DNA of 64,000 nt, from assembly GCA_964480635.1 (NCBI GenBank), contig CAYZQE010000002.1:11101-75100 (forward strand), given 5' to 3'. The notes below the pieces were generated by a model that searched no databases, had not been told where the DNA came from, and saw only the letters and a program-made list of their open reading frames with translations. This DNA is from an uncultured Gammaproteobacteria bacterium (GTDB lineage Bacteria; Pseudomonadota; Gammaproteobacteria; GCA-001735895). Both the position numbers and the translations under genes were made by a program. Below are positions 34,646-42,121 of this stretch, piece by piece. Position 1 is the stretch's first letter. The number at the start of each line of letters is the position of its first letter.

Positions 34646-34843
34646 CTATTTACCAGCAGTACAGGCCATATCTTGACCGCAACACAGCGGTGATTTAATT
34701 TTACCATGGCCATTAGGACATTCAGAGACTTGTACGTCTGATCCATCGTCTAATTTTAATGAAGCATCAACTAAAGGTGCATCACATTCACCACAAGATG
34801 CATTAACGCTCATACCACAAAGATCACATTTATAAGTTGCCAT
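34646..34843 (-). CDS. Small cysteine-rich putative metal-binding protein
   Basis: 65 aa with 9 Cys (CDLCG...CGEC zinc-ribbon-like knuckles, then C..NGHG...CCGQDMAC). Confidence 0.4.
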   Translation of the reverse strand: MATYKCDLCGMSVNASCGECDAPLVDASLKLDDGSDVQVSECPNGHGKIKSPLCCGQDMACTAGK

Positions 34844-34877
34844 TTTTTACTTCCATTCAGTTAGTTAAATAATTTTT

Positions 34878-34911
34878 AGAGACCTTTTTTTTGTTTCGTG
34901 CAAAGGTCTCT
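34878..34911. other. 10-bp perfect inverted repeat (agagaccttt / aaaggtctct) immediately 3' of the YcgL-like gene stop
   Basis: Stem-loop with T8/A8 loop. No U-tract follows on either strand, so it is not called as a canonical terminator. Confidence 0.3.
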
Positions 34912-35186
34912 TATAGTTCATACAAATAGTCTTCATTTGGCAGTTGCAAATGAAAACCTAAATTCAGCAGATTATCGTAAACTTGTTTAGGGTCTTCTTG
35001 AGATAGCTGACGCGTTGGCGTGTGCTCGAACTCTAAGCTAAATTCACCTTCCCCAAATACAGTCATCAAAGATAAAGGTATTTTTTCAAAGTCATCTTTA
35101 GTGGTGACATATAGATAAGTATTGTCTTTTTTTAAGCTGCGATAAACATAACAGATAATTTTTTTTTCAGCGCTCATAATGCCCAC
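34911..35186 (-). CDS. YcgL domain-containing protein
   Basis: IICYVYRSLKKDNTYLYVTTKDDFEKIP...GFHLQLP parallels E. coli YcgL ([27 protein letters not shown]...GYYLQLP). Confidence 0.6.
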   Translation of the reverse strand: MGIMSAEKKIICYVYRSLKKDNTYLYVTTKDDFEKIPLSLMTVFGEGEFSLEFEHTPTRQLSQEDPKQVYDNLLNLGFHLQLPNEDYLYEL

Positions 35187-35569
35187 AGAATTGATTGATA
35201 GGCAGCAGCAGAGATATCAATTTGGTCACCATTTTGAATGTCCCATTGTTCTGCCCAGCCCAGTGTTAAAACAGAATTGATAGGTAAGCGATCTTTAATA
35301 AATTGTTTTTTAAGCGTCATATTAGAGTCATATAAAATAACGTGCACATTAAAAAGTGGCGCAGTATGAATGTTTTTAATATGAATATTTTTATCGCTTT
35401 TGCCGGTTAAGGCACTGATGAGCTCCCCACCAAGATTAGTGCCGACATTAACTTCTACGGGTACTGGTTTATAACCCCAACCCACAGGAATACGGTCAGG
35501 CGCAAAAATAAAAATAGAGAGAATAATGGCCAACATAAAGCCAATAAAAGAGGATAAAGTTCTAAGCAT
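35174..35569 (-). CDS. Hypothetical membrane-anchored protein
   Basis: N-terminal TM helix then a 100-aa soluble domain with no recognised motif. Overlaps the YcgL-like gene by 13 nt. Confidence 0.35.
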   Translation of the reverse strand: MLRTLSSFIGFMLAIILSIFIFAPDRIPVGWGYKPVPVEVNVGTNLGGELISALTGKSDKNIHIKNIHTAPLFNVHVILYDSNMTLKKQFIKDRLPINSVLTLGWAEQWDIQNGDQIDISAAAYQSILWAL

Positions 35570-35695
35570 AAGATATAAAGTAGTTAAAAATTAAAATGGA
35601 TCCACCTATTAACAAAAAAAACAGAAAACAATTTAATCAGTTTTGTAAAGGGCCTTTATAAAAAGATATTTTTGTCGTCTAAACAAACGACTTAA

Positions 35696-36463
35696 CTAAC
35701 CAAAAAAGAATGATTGGGTATGTAAGATACTTTCGTCAAAAGAACCAATTTCTTTTAGTTTTTCAATATCATGTATGGTTAAGCGTTTATTTTTAATGTC
35801 CATTAAACCTTGTTCACGTAAGGACTTTAAGGTGCGATTGACATGAATTTGAGTTAAACCTAAAGCATCACCAAGGTCTTCTTGGGTTAGAGGAAATTCA
35901 ATTTCATCTTTAATATTATCACCATAGATAAGTTTAATACGATAGAAAAGCTCAACACATAAATAAACAAGGCGTTCTTCTGCCGATTTTTGGCCAATAC
36001 CAACTAAATGGTTTTGGCAGATAGAGCTATCTCTAGTATGCATATCTGCCATACGTAAGGCTAAACCAACGTTTTCTTTAAACATAGCTTTCATGTCTTT
36101 ACTGGGAAAAGCGCATAAAACAGTATCTGTCAGTGCCATTGCTGTGTGGCGCATAGTGCCACCAAAATCAGCTTGAAACCCTAAAAAGTCGCCGGGTAAA
36201 GCAATTTTAGTGACTTGTCTTTTACCATTAGATAAGGTGGCATATTGTAATACCCAACCATGATACAGAGTAAACATATACTCTGAATGTTCAGATTCTT
36301 TATACAGTGTTTTTTTAGCTTTTATTTTAAATTGATCAGATCTAAATTTCTGTGTCCAAGACAAATCTTCTTCAGAAACACCTTTAAAAAGCGCTAAGCG
36401 CCTTACAGAGCAGTCAGTGCATTGGGTATGTTTATATTCAATGGGTAATAAATTTATATCCAT
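35696..36463 (-). CDS. Crp/Fnr-family transcriptional regulator
   Basis: Cyclic-nucleotide-binding-like beta-roll followed by C-terminal HTH (LTQEDLGDALGLTQIHVNRTLKSLREQGL). Confidence 0.7.
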   Translation of the reverse strand: MDINLLPIEYKHTQCTDCSVRRLALFKGVSEEDLSWTQKFRSDQFKIKAKKTLYKESEHSEYMFTLYHGWVLQYATLSNGKRQVTKIALPGDFLGFQADFGGTMRHTAMALTDTVLCAFPSKDMKAMFKENVGLALRMADMHTRDSSICQNHLVGIGQKSAEERLVYLCVELFYRIKLIYGDNIKDEIEFPLTQEDLGDALGLTQIHVNRTLKSLREQGLMDIKNKRLTIHDIEKLKEIGSFDESILHTQSFFFG

Positions 36464-36472
36464 AACTCACTC

Positions 36473-37282
36473 TTAGGGGTCTAATTTAAGCCAAATAGGT
36501 GCATGGTCAGATGGTTTTGTCATGCCGCGAATATCTTCGTCGATGCCAGCGTCTATCATAGATGATTGTAGAGCCTTTGACACTAAAACTTGGTCTATGC
36601 GTAATCCACGCCTAGGTTCGCGCTCAAAACCTTTACTGCGATAGTCAAACCAACTGAACTGATTATTAACCTCAGGATAGAGATGTCTAAAACTATCGCA
36701 ATAGCCCAAAGCAATCAGTCGTTCAAACCATTTGCGTTCTTCGGGCAAAAAACTGGTTTTACCCTGTTTTAACCAACGTTTTTCACTGTCGGCACCAATG
36801 CCAATATCATTATTAACGGGAGCAATATTAAAATCACCCATCATAATAACCGCTTCATGGTCATCAATAGATTGCAAAAAAATAGTTAAATCGGCATAAA
36901 ATTTTTCTTTAGCGGGGTATTTTGTTGCATGATGAATGCTTTCACCTTGAGGGAAATAACCGTTATAACAATGAATTCTTTTGCCATTAACCTCAAATAG
37001 ACCGCCAATAAAACGTTTTTGTGATTCATCGGTATCACCATCAAAACCATATTTTGGATCAATAACCTCAGTGCGTGATAAGAGAGCAACGCCATAGTGC
37101 GTTTTTTGCCCCATAAAAATAACGTGATAACCAAGGTCATTAATCGCTTCAATGGGGAAATCATGGTCTTGCACTTTGGTTTCTTGCAAGCCAATAAACT
37201 CAGGGTCATGTCGCTCAATTAAAGCGGCAAGTTGATGTAGGCGTAATCGAACGCTATTAACGTTAAAAGAAATAATTTTCAT
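36473..37282 (-). CDS. xthA: Exodeoxyribonuclease III
   Basis: MKIISFNVNSVRLRLHQL..., EFIGLQETK, C-terminal SDHAPIWL. Canonical ExoIII. Confidence 0.9.
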   Translation of the reverse strand: MKIISFNVNSVRLRLHQLAALIERHDPEFIGLQETKVQDHDFPIEAINDLGYHVIFMGQKTHYGVALLSRTEVIDPKYGFDGDTDESQKRFIGGLFEVNGKRIHCYNGYFPQGESIHHATKYPAKEKFYADLTIFLQSIDDHEAVIMMGDFNIAPVNNDIGIGADSEKRWLKQGKTSFLPEERKWFERLIALGYCDSFRHLYPEVNNQFSWFDYRSKGFEREPRRGLRIDQVLVSKALQSSMIDAGIDEDIRGMTKPSDHAPIWLKLDP

Positions 37283-38604
37283 ATTTTATGAATTAAAGTT
37301 GAAAAATTAGTGTTTAAAAAAGTATTGTCTAATGCCTGTTCATGTTGTTTCATTAAATCATCAATAAGCACATTTGTTGGTACAGAAGACTCACGGTTAT
37401 CCTTACCTTGGCGCGCGCAATTGATAATGTCTGTCACGTTAATGAGTTCAATGCTTATAGCAGGCAAATATTGTGCAGGTTCATCGTTAGTCGTTTTTAT
37501 AAAACGTGATTGCTCTAAGGACTTTATTAAAGGTAACAAGGTTTCAGATGGAATGCTTAAGTTTGTGCTGAGGTAAGGCAAGGTGATTAATTGATCGCTT
37601 TTTTGAGCGTGGCTTTTAGCAATTAATAGCATCATATGTAGCATACACTGTTCTTGTAAATGGCCACTTAATGTGAGCTTTTGTTTGTCCCATGTTAAAC
37701 GTTCGGGATGTTGATGATAATAGGCAATGTTGGCACCAGTGAGTAACACTAACCAACCCAAATAGAGCCAAATCATAAATAGAATTAAGATGGCAAAACC
37801 AGAATAAATTGCCGTATAACTGGTAGAGCCACTAGCAAAAGTCGCAAAGGCTCTGCCTAGTAACTCCCATACGACACCTGAAAAGAAAGCACCATAAAGC
37901 GCAGACTTAAATGTGACCTTAACGTTAGGCACTAAAAGATAAACAAAGGTAAAAGCAGCAATAATAAAGACAAAAGGGAGAAGATAACCCGCAAATTGAA
38001 GTATTTGCCCAAACAGAGCATATTGATTAAGTGCCTCAACGACTGAATTACTACCTAATGATGCGGTAATACCAATGGCTGCAAACATCATTACCGGCCC
38101 CACCATAACAATGCTTAAATAATTACTAAAGCGTTGTGCGGGCGATCGAGCGGAGGAAATACGCCATGTATAATTAAAGGCAGATTCAATTTTTGAAATC
38201 AGAGAAATGACGGTATAAATTAACATTATCATGCCAATTCCCCCAAGTACGCCAATTTTCATATTATCAACAAAGGATATGATCTGAGCAGTAAGCTGGG
38301 GGCCTTTGTCACCAAGTGGTAACAGCATGTTGCTGAGCATGGGCTCTATTTGATTATGAACACCAAAACCCTTTAAAACAGAAAAGCTCACGGCAATTAA
38401 AGGCACTAAAGAAAGTAGTGTCGTATAGACCAAACTCATGGCACGTAAAGACAACATACCACCCATTAAATCGCGCACGACTAAAGACGTTACTTTCAAA
38501 AAAAATATAAAATGACGCTTTATAGAAGAATCAGGTTCTTTGCTATGCCAAATAAAGTGCTGTAATTGTTCAGATAATGTTTGTGCAGACATGGGCGTTA
38601 CCAA
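37279..38604 (-). CDS. yihY: YihY/BrkB (formerly 'RNase BN') family inner-membrane protein with C-terminal extension
   Basis: Multi-TM core with the family N-terminal motif (LVVRDLMGGMLSLRAMSLVYTTLLSLVPLIAV) plus a ~130-aa C-terminal soluble tail. Overlaps xthA by 4 nt. Confidence 0.7.
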   Translation of the reverse strand: MVTPMSAQTLSEQLQHFIWHSKEPDSSIKRHFIFFLKVTSLVVRDLMGGMLSLRAMSLVYTTLLSLVPLIAVSFSVLKGFGVHNQIEPMLSNMLLPLGDKGPQLTAQIISFVDNMKIGVLGGIGMIMLIYTVISLISKIESAFNYTWRISSARSPAQRFSNYLSIVMVGPVMMFAAIGITASLGSNSVVEALNQYALFGQILQFAGYLLPFVFIIAAFTFVYLLVPNVKVTFKSALYGAFFSGVVWELLGRAFATFASGSTSYTAIYSGFAILILFMIWLYLGWLVLLTGANIAYYHQHPERLTWDKQKLTLSGHLQEQCMLHMMLLIAKSHAQKSDQLITLPYLSTNLSIPSETLLPLIKSLEQSRFIKTTNDEPAQYLPAISIELINVTDIINCARQGKDNRESSVPTNVLIDDLMKQHEQALDNTFLNTNFSTLIHKI

Positions 38605-39140
38605 TTTGATGTTTTTAAATAAGCGATTTCATCGGGAGTACTCTCTCTACCTAATTCGCCATTGCGATGTGGAAAGCGTCCAAAACGTTTAACAACATCA
38701 TAATGATGGCGAGCAAACTTAGCATTATCATCAAGCCCAGCAGCTTCAAATAGCTCAATAGCTAATTGTTGATCATTTAAATTTTCACTGTGCATAAACG
38801 GTAAAAACAAAAAAGCCTTATGCTTATCAGGCATAGCTTTGATTAAATCATGGTCAATTGCATAGTGGGCAATGTCACGAGATTTAGCTTCAGTAGAATA
38901 ACGCTTACCCTGCCCGCGAAACATATTAAGTGGTAATTGATCTAAAATAATAACCAGAGCAACGACCCCTTCGGCACTGGTTTTCCAGTGGTCTAACAGC
39001 CCATCACGCGCTTGTTGCCAAATAAGCTCATAACGTTGTGTTAATTCGGCATCAAATTCATCCGTAGACTTAAACCATAAAGGGGATACTTCATCAGAGA
39101 ACCAATGGGTTAAAAGGTCATTTATTAAGGTGTCGTTCAT
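38598..39140 (-). CDS. DUF924-like protein
   Basis: 180 aa with Trp/Phe-rich pattern. Translationally coupled on both sides (7-nt and 4-nt overlaps). Confidence 0.45.
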   Translation of the reverse strand: MNDTLINDLLTHWFSDEVSPLWFKSTDEFDAELTQRYELIWQQARDGLLDHWKTSAEGVVALVIILDQLPLNMFRGQGKRYSTEAKSRDIAHYAIDHDLIKAMPDKHKAFLFLPFMHSENLNDQQLAIELFEAAGLDDNAKFARHHYDVVKRFGRFPHRNGELGRESTPDEIAYLKTSNW

Positions 39141-39400
39141 GTTTCAAGCCACTTTTCTAAATAATAAATAAAGTGCCCTTCTGTCGATTTAGACGGCCCT
39201 AAAACCTTAGCGGCATAATATGAATCATTGGGTTTAGCCTCAGCAACGGCGAATTCTTCGGATGATTTAATAACCACACAATTGGCAGAAAAGCGTTTGT
39301 TTTTACGTTTCGATTTACTATGACGTTCGGGTGCATAAACAACAGCAGCTTGAATGGTAGACACTTTAGTCAGTGGGTCTGGTGGGACATAACCTTTCAT
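39137..39400 (-). CDS. Small basic hypothetical protein, first gene of the 39400->36473 operon
   Basis: 87 aa. ATGA overlap with the downstream gene. Only 63 bp separate it from the divergent radical-SAM gene. Confidence 0.35.
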   Translation of the reverse strand: MKGYVPPDPLTKVSTIQAAVVYAPERHSKSKRKNKRFSANCVVIKSSEEFAVAEAKPNDSYYAAKVLGPSKSTEGHFIYYLEKWLET

Positions 39401-39463
39401 AAATTTAAGAATTTGTGTAACAGCCTTTATTATAACCGAGAATCAAGTGTTAGAATACGCGCT

Positions 39464-40954
39464 ATGAAAATCATCCTATCGACACTCAATGCAAAATACA
39501 TCCACAGCGCCTTAGGCTTGCGTTATTTATATGCTCATATGGATAAGTTGCAGTCAGCAACTGAAATTATGGAATTTAATATCAGTGATCGAGTGGCAGA
39601 TATAGCCGAAAAGCTATTAGCAACAAAGCCTAAAATTATTGGCTTTGGTGTTTATATTTGGAATGTTGAGCAAACTACGGAATTGGTTTCCCTAATCAAA
39701 ATAATCCACCCTGACATTACTATTATTTTAGGCGGGCCAGAAATCAGTTATGAATATGAAGAAACAAAGCTCTATGAACTAGCAGACCATATTATTACGG
39801 GGCAAGCTGATGTCAGTTTTAAGCAAACCTGCGACAGCATTATTCATGGCTTTCCAGTTGATAAGGTGATTAATGCAGCAGTGCCAGCACCTGAGTCTTT
39901 AAAATTACCCTACGATTTTTATAATGATGAAGATATTAAACAACGCGTGCTATATGTAGAAGCATCACGTGGCTGCCCTTTTAAGTGCGAGTTTTGCCTA
40001 TCATCGCTGGATAAAACAGCCAAAGCGTTTGATATCGAACAATTTTTAAAGGCAATGGACGGGTTATATCAACGTGGTGCTCGCTCGTTTAAGTTTGTTG
40101 ATCGCACGTTTAATCTCAACATAAAATTTAGCTCACAAATATTAAACTTCTTTTTAGATAAAAAGGATGATGAATTATTTTTGCATTTTGAGCTGATTCC
40201 CGATCGATTACCCGACGCTTTAAAGGCATTAATATTAAAATTTCCAAAAGGCAATGTGCAATTTGAAATTGGCATTCAAACCTTTAACCCAGAGGTACAG
40301 CAACGCATAAGCCGAAAACAAGACCATCAAAAAACAGTCGATAACCTCGTGTGGTTATGTACTAAAACCGATGTCCATTTACACACAGACCTCATTGCAG
40401 GTCTACCAGGAGAAAGTATGCAAAGTTTTGGTGACAGCTTTAACTTGTTAATTAGTTTAGGCGTACAAGAAATTCAAATTGGCATTTTAAAGCGTTTACG
40501 AGGTACGCCCATCATTCGTCATAGCGAAGAGTTTCAACTTAAGTTTAGTGCTCAAGCGCCCTACACTATTTTGCAAAACAGCAATTTAAGCTTTGTTGAT
40601 ATTCAAGACCTAAATCGTTTTGCACGTTATTGGAATTTAGTCGGCAATTCAGGGCGGTTTAAAAACACCTTAGCAGTATTATTAAAAGACAAGCCATTTG
40701 AGCATTTTATGGCTTTTAGTCGTTGGGTATATAAAACCACAGCGCAAACCCATAAAATTGCATTACCACGTTTATTTAAATTAATTCATCAATATTTAGC
40801 GGATGATAAAGACATTTTAGACGTTTTAGAATTAGATTTTCAGCGCACGGGGATTAAAAAACAATTGCACCAAGTACTCGAACTAACTATGCCTAGTGCT
40901 CACTTAATTAAAGGCAATAAAGCCAGTTTACGGCAGCAAAGACACAGCGGTTAA
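39464..40954 (+). CDS. B12-binding-domain radical SAM protein (DUF4080-type)
   Basis: N-terminal cobalamin-binding-like region and CxxxCxxC motif (ASRGCPFKCEFC). Start placed at MKIILSTLNAKYIHS (39464) rather than the track's 39320, which overlaps the convergent... divergent operon. Confidence 0.7.
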   Translation: MKIILSTLNAKYIHSALGLRYLYAHMDKLQSATEIMEFNISDRVADIAEKLLATKPKIIGFGVYIWNVEQTTELVSLIKIIHPDITIILGGPEISYEYEETKLYELADHIITGQADVSFKQTCDSIIHGFPVDKVINAAVPAPESLKLPYDFYNDEDIKQRVLYVEASRGCPFKCEFCLSSLDKTAKAFDIEQFLKAMDGLYQRGARSFKFVDRTFNLNIKFSSQILNFFLDKKDDELFLHFELIPDRLPDALKALILKFPKGNVQFEIGIQTFNPEVQQRISRKQDHQKTVDNLVWLCTKTDVHLHTDLIAGLPGESMQSFGDSFNLLISLGVQEIQIGILKRLRGTPIIRHSEEFQLKFSAQAPYTILQNSNLSFVDIQDLNRFARYWNLVGNSGRFKNTLAVLLKDKPFEHFMAFSRWVYKTTAQTHKIALPRLFKLIHQYLADDKDILDVLELDFQRTGIKKQLHQVLELTMPSAHLIKGNKASLRQQRHSG

Positions 40955-41122
40955 TAAAAAGGCCTCTTTTTTAGCAAAACGACGGCATCTGAACAGAGAC
41001 AGCTTCAAACTAAATGGGCTTAAATGATGCTTAAAGCATAAAATTTTTAAAATGAACTAAGCTTTAATTAAGACGCTATTGTTCGAAAATGTAATTGTGT
41101 CTCCCTATTATTCATAGAGCCA

Positions 41123-42118
41123 ATGATGCCAAGCCTTCTAAAATTTAAATTCATCCAATTGTTATCTGCATTTATCTTAATGACACCGCTTCAAATCGGT
41201 ATTGCCGATTTATTACAACCCATCAGTGGGCGAGGTATTACGATTAATGAAATTTTACCCGCCGATGTATTAGCCAGAGTCGAGTTAATTAAAGAAGACC
41301 TTAATTTAATCAGACTAGAGCTGGGTAAACCCAATGTGTCAGAAGCGGATATTGATGTATTAGAAACAGCGCCTAGAGAAGTTTACTTTGTCGCCCAAGC
41401 TCTGTTTGTAAAGGCCAATCGTTTTGGATTTGAGCTTAATAAAACCTCTTTAGATGCGTTAACGCCAGTGAATGCTGCTACGGTAAAGCCATTTCATGTG
41501 TGGCAGGTTGTGAATGCGGCCTACCAACGAATTGAAGACATTAAGAAAAAATTAAACATTAAACAAGGCGGTATAGAGCGCCAACAAGCTATTGAAACAA
41601 CCCCCAATGATGTTATTCAATCATTATTAGACACCAATAAATTATTAAGCCATTTGCTCTTTACTAAGCTATCACCTGCCGATGCATATCAACAAATTAC
41701 GGCGAGTATCAATTTAACCGCACAATTACTAGCTCAGTTTGATGGTGTGAAACGTATTCCTGATGCGCCTGTTTATGAGCGACGTAAAACACCAGGTGAT
41801 GTTTATGCAAGGTTATATAATAGTTTTAGTCTCGTCAAAAGCATCGCTTCATCATCAAATTTATTAATGTTTAATTTTCAAGTCACGCATCTAAAAAAAT
41901 CTAAATCACCCAGCGATGTGTATGGTTTAGCGACCTTATTAAAGGCTGAACTTGCTTATTTTCATGCTAAGTTGCAAACCACCGAACAAGTCGCGAAAGC
42001 GTATTATCCGGGTATTAAAACACCTTCAGATGTTTTTCAACGCGTCGGAATACTAGAGCAGCAATTAAATACGTTATTAATTCAGGTGATTGATAACCCG
42101 ACTTGGTTAGAGCAGTAA
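41123..42118 (+). CDS. Secreted protein with five degenerate 'TPxDV[YF]' repeats, first gene of the HK-CheR-CheB-GGDEF cluster
   Basis: Signal peptide. Repeats ETAPREVYF, TTPNDVIQ, KTPGDVYA, KSPSDVYG, KTPSDVFQ are each followed by an amphipathic helix-like stretch. Stop lies 3 bp before the kinase start. Confidence 0.45.
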   Translation: MMPSLLKFKFIQLLSAFILMTPLQIGIADLLQPISGRGITINEILPADVLARVELIKEDLNLIRLELGKPNVSEADIDVLETAPREVYFVAQALFVKANRFGFELNKTSLDALTPVNAATVKPFHVWQVVNAAYQRIEDIKKKLNIKQGGIERQQAIETTPNDVIQSLLDTNKLLSHLLFTKLSPADAYQQITASINLTAQLLAQFDGVKRIPDAPVYERRKTPGDVYARLYNSFSLVKSIASSSNLLMFNFQVTHLKKSKSPSDVYGLATLLKAELAYFHAKLQTTEQVAKAYYPGIKTPSDVFQRVGILEQQLNTLLIQVIDNPTWLEQ

Positions 42119-42121
42119 CTC

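Noticed and set aside
34878-34911. Stem-loop after the YcgL-like gene as a rho-independent terminator
   Set aside because: The 10-bp stem is perfect but no U-tract follows on either strand (the T-run is inside the loop). Kept only as an inverted repeat.
39320-39463. Upstream extension of the radical-SAM ORF given in the ORF track
   Set aside because: The extension overlaps the divergent 87-aa gene and lacks similarity. The conserved N-terminus MKIILSTLNAKYIHS begins at 39464.
40955-41000. Terminator after the radical-SAM gene (aaaaaggcctctttttt)
   Set aside because: The stem is only ~5 bp and imperfect. Left as uncertain.
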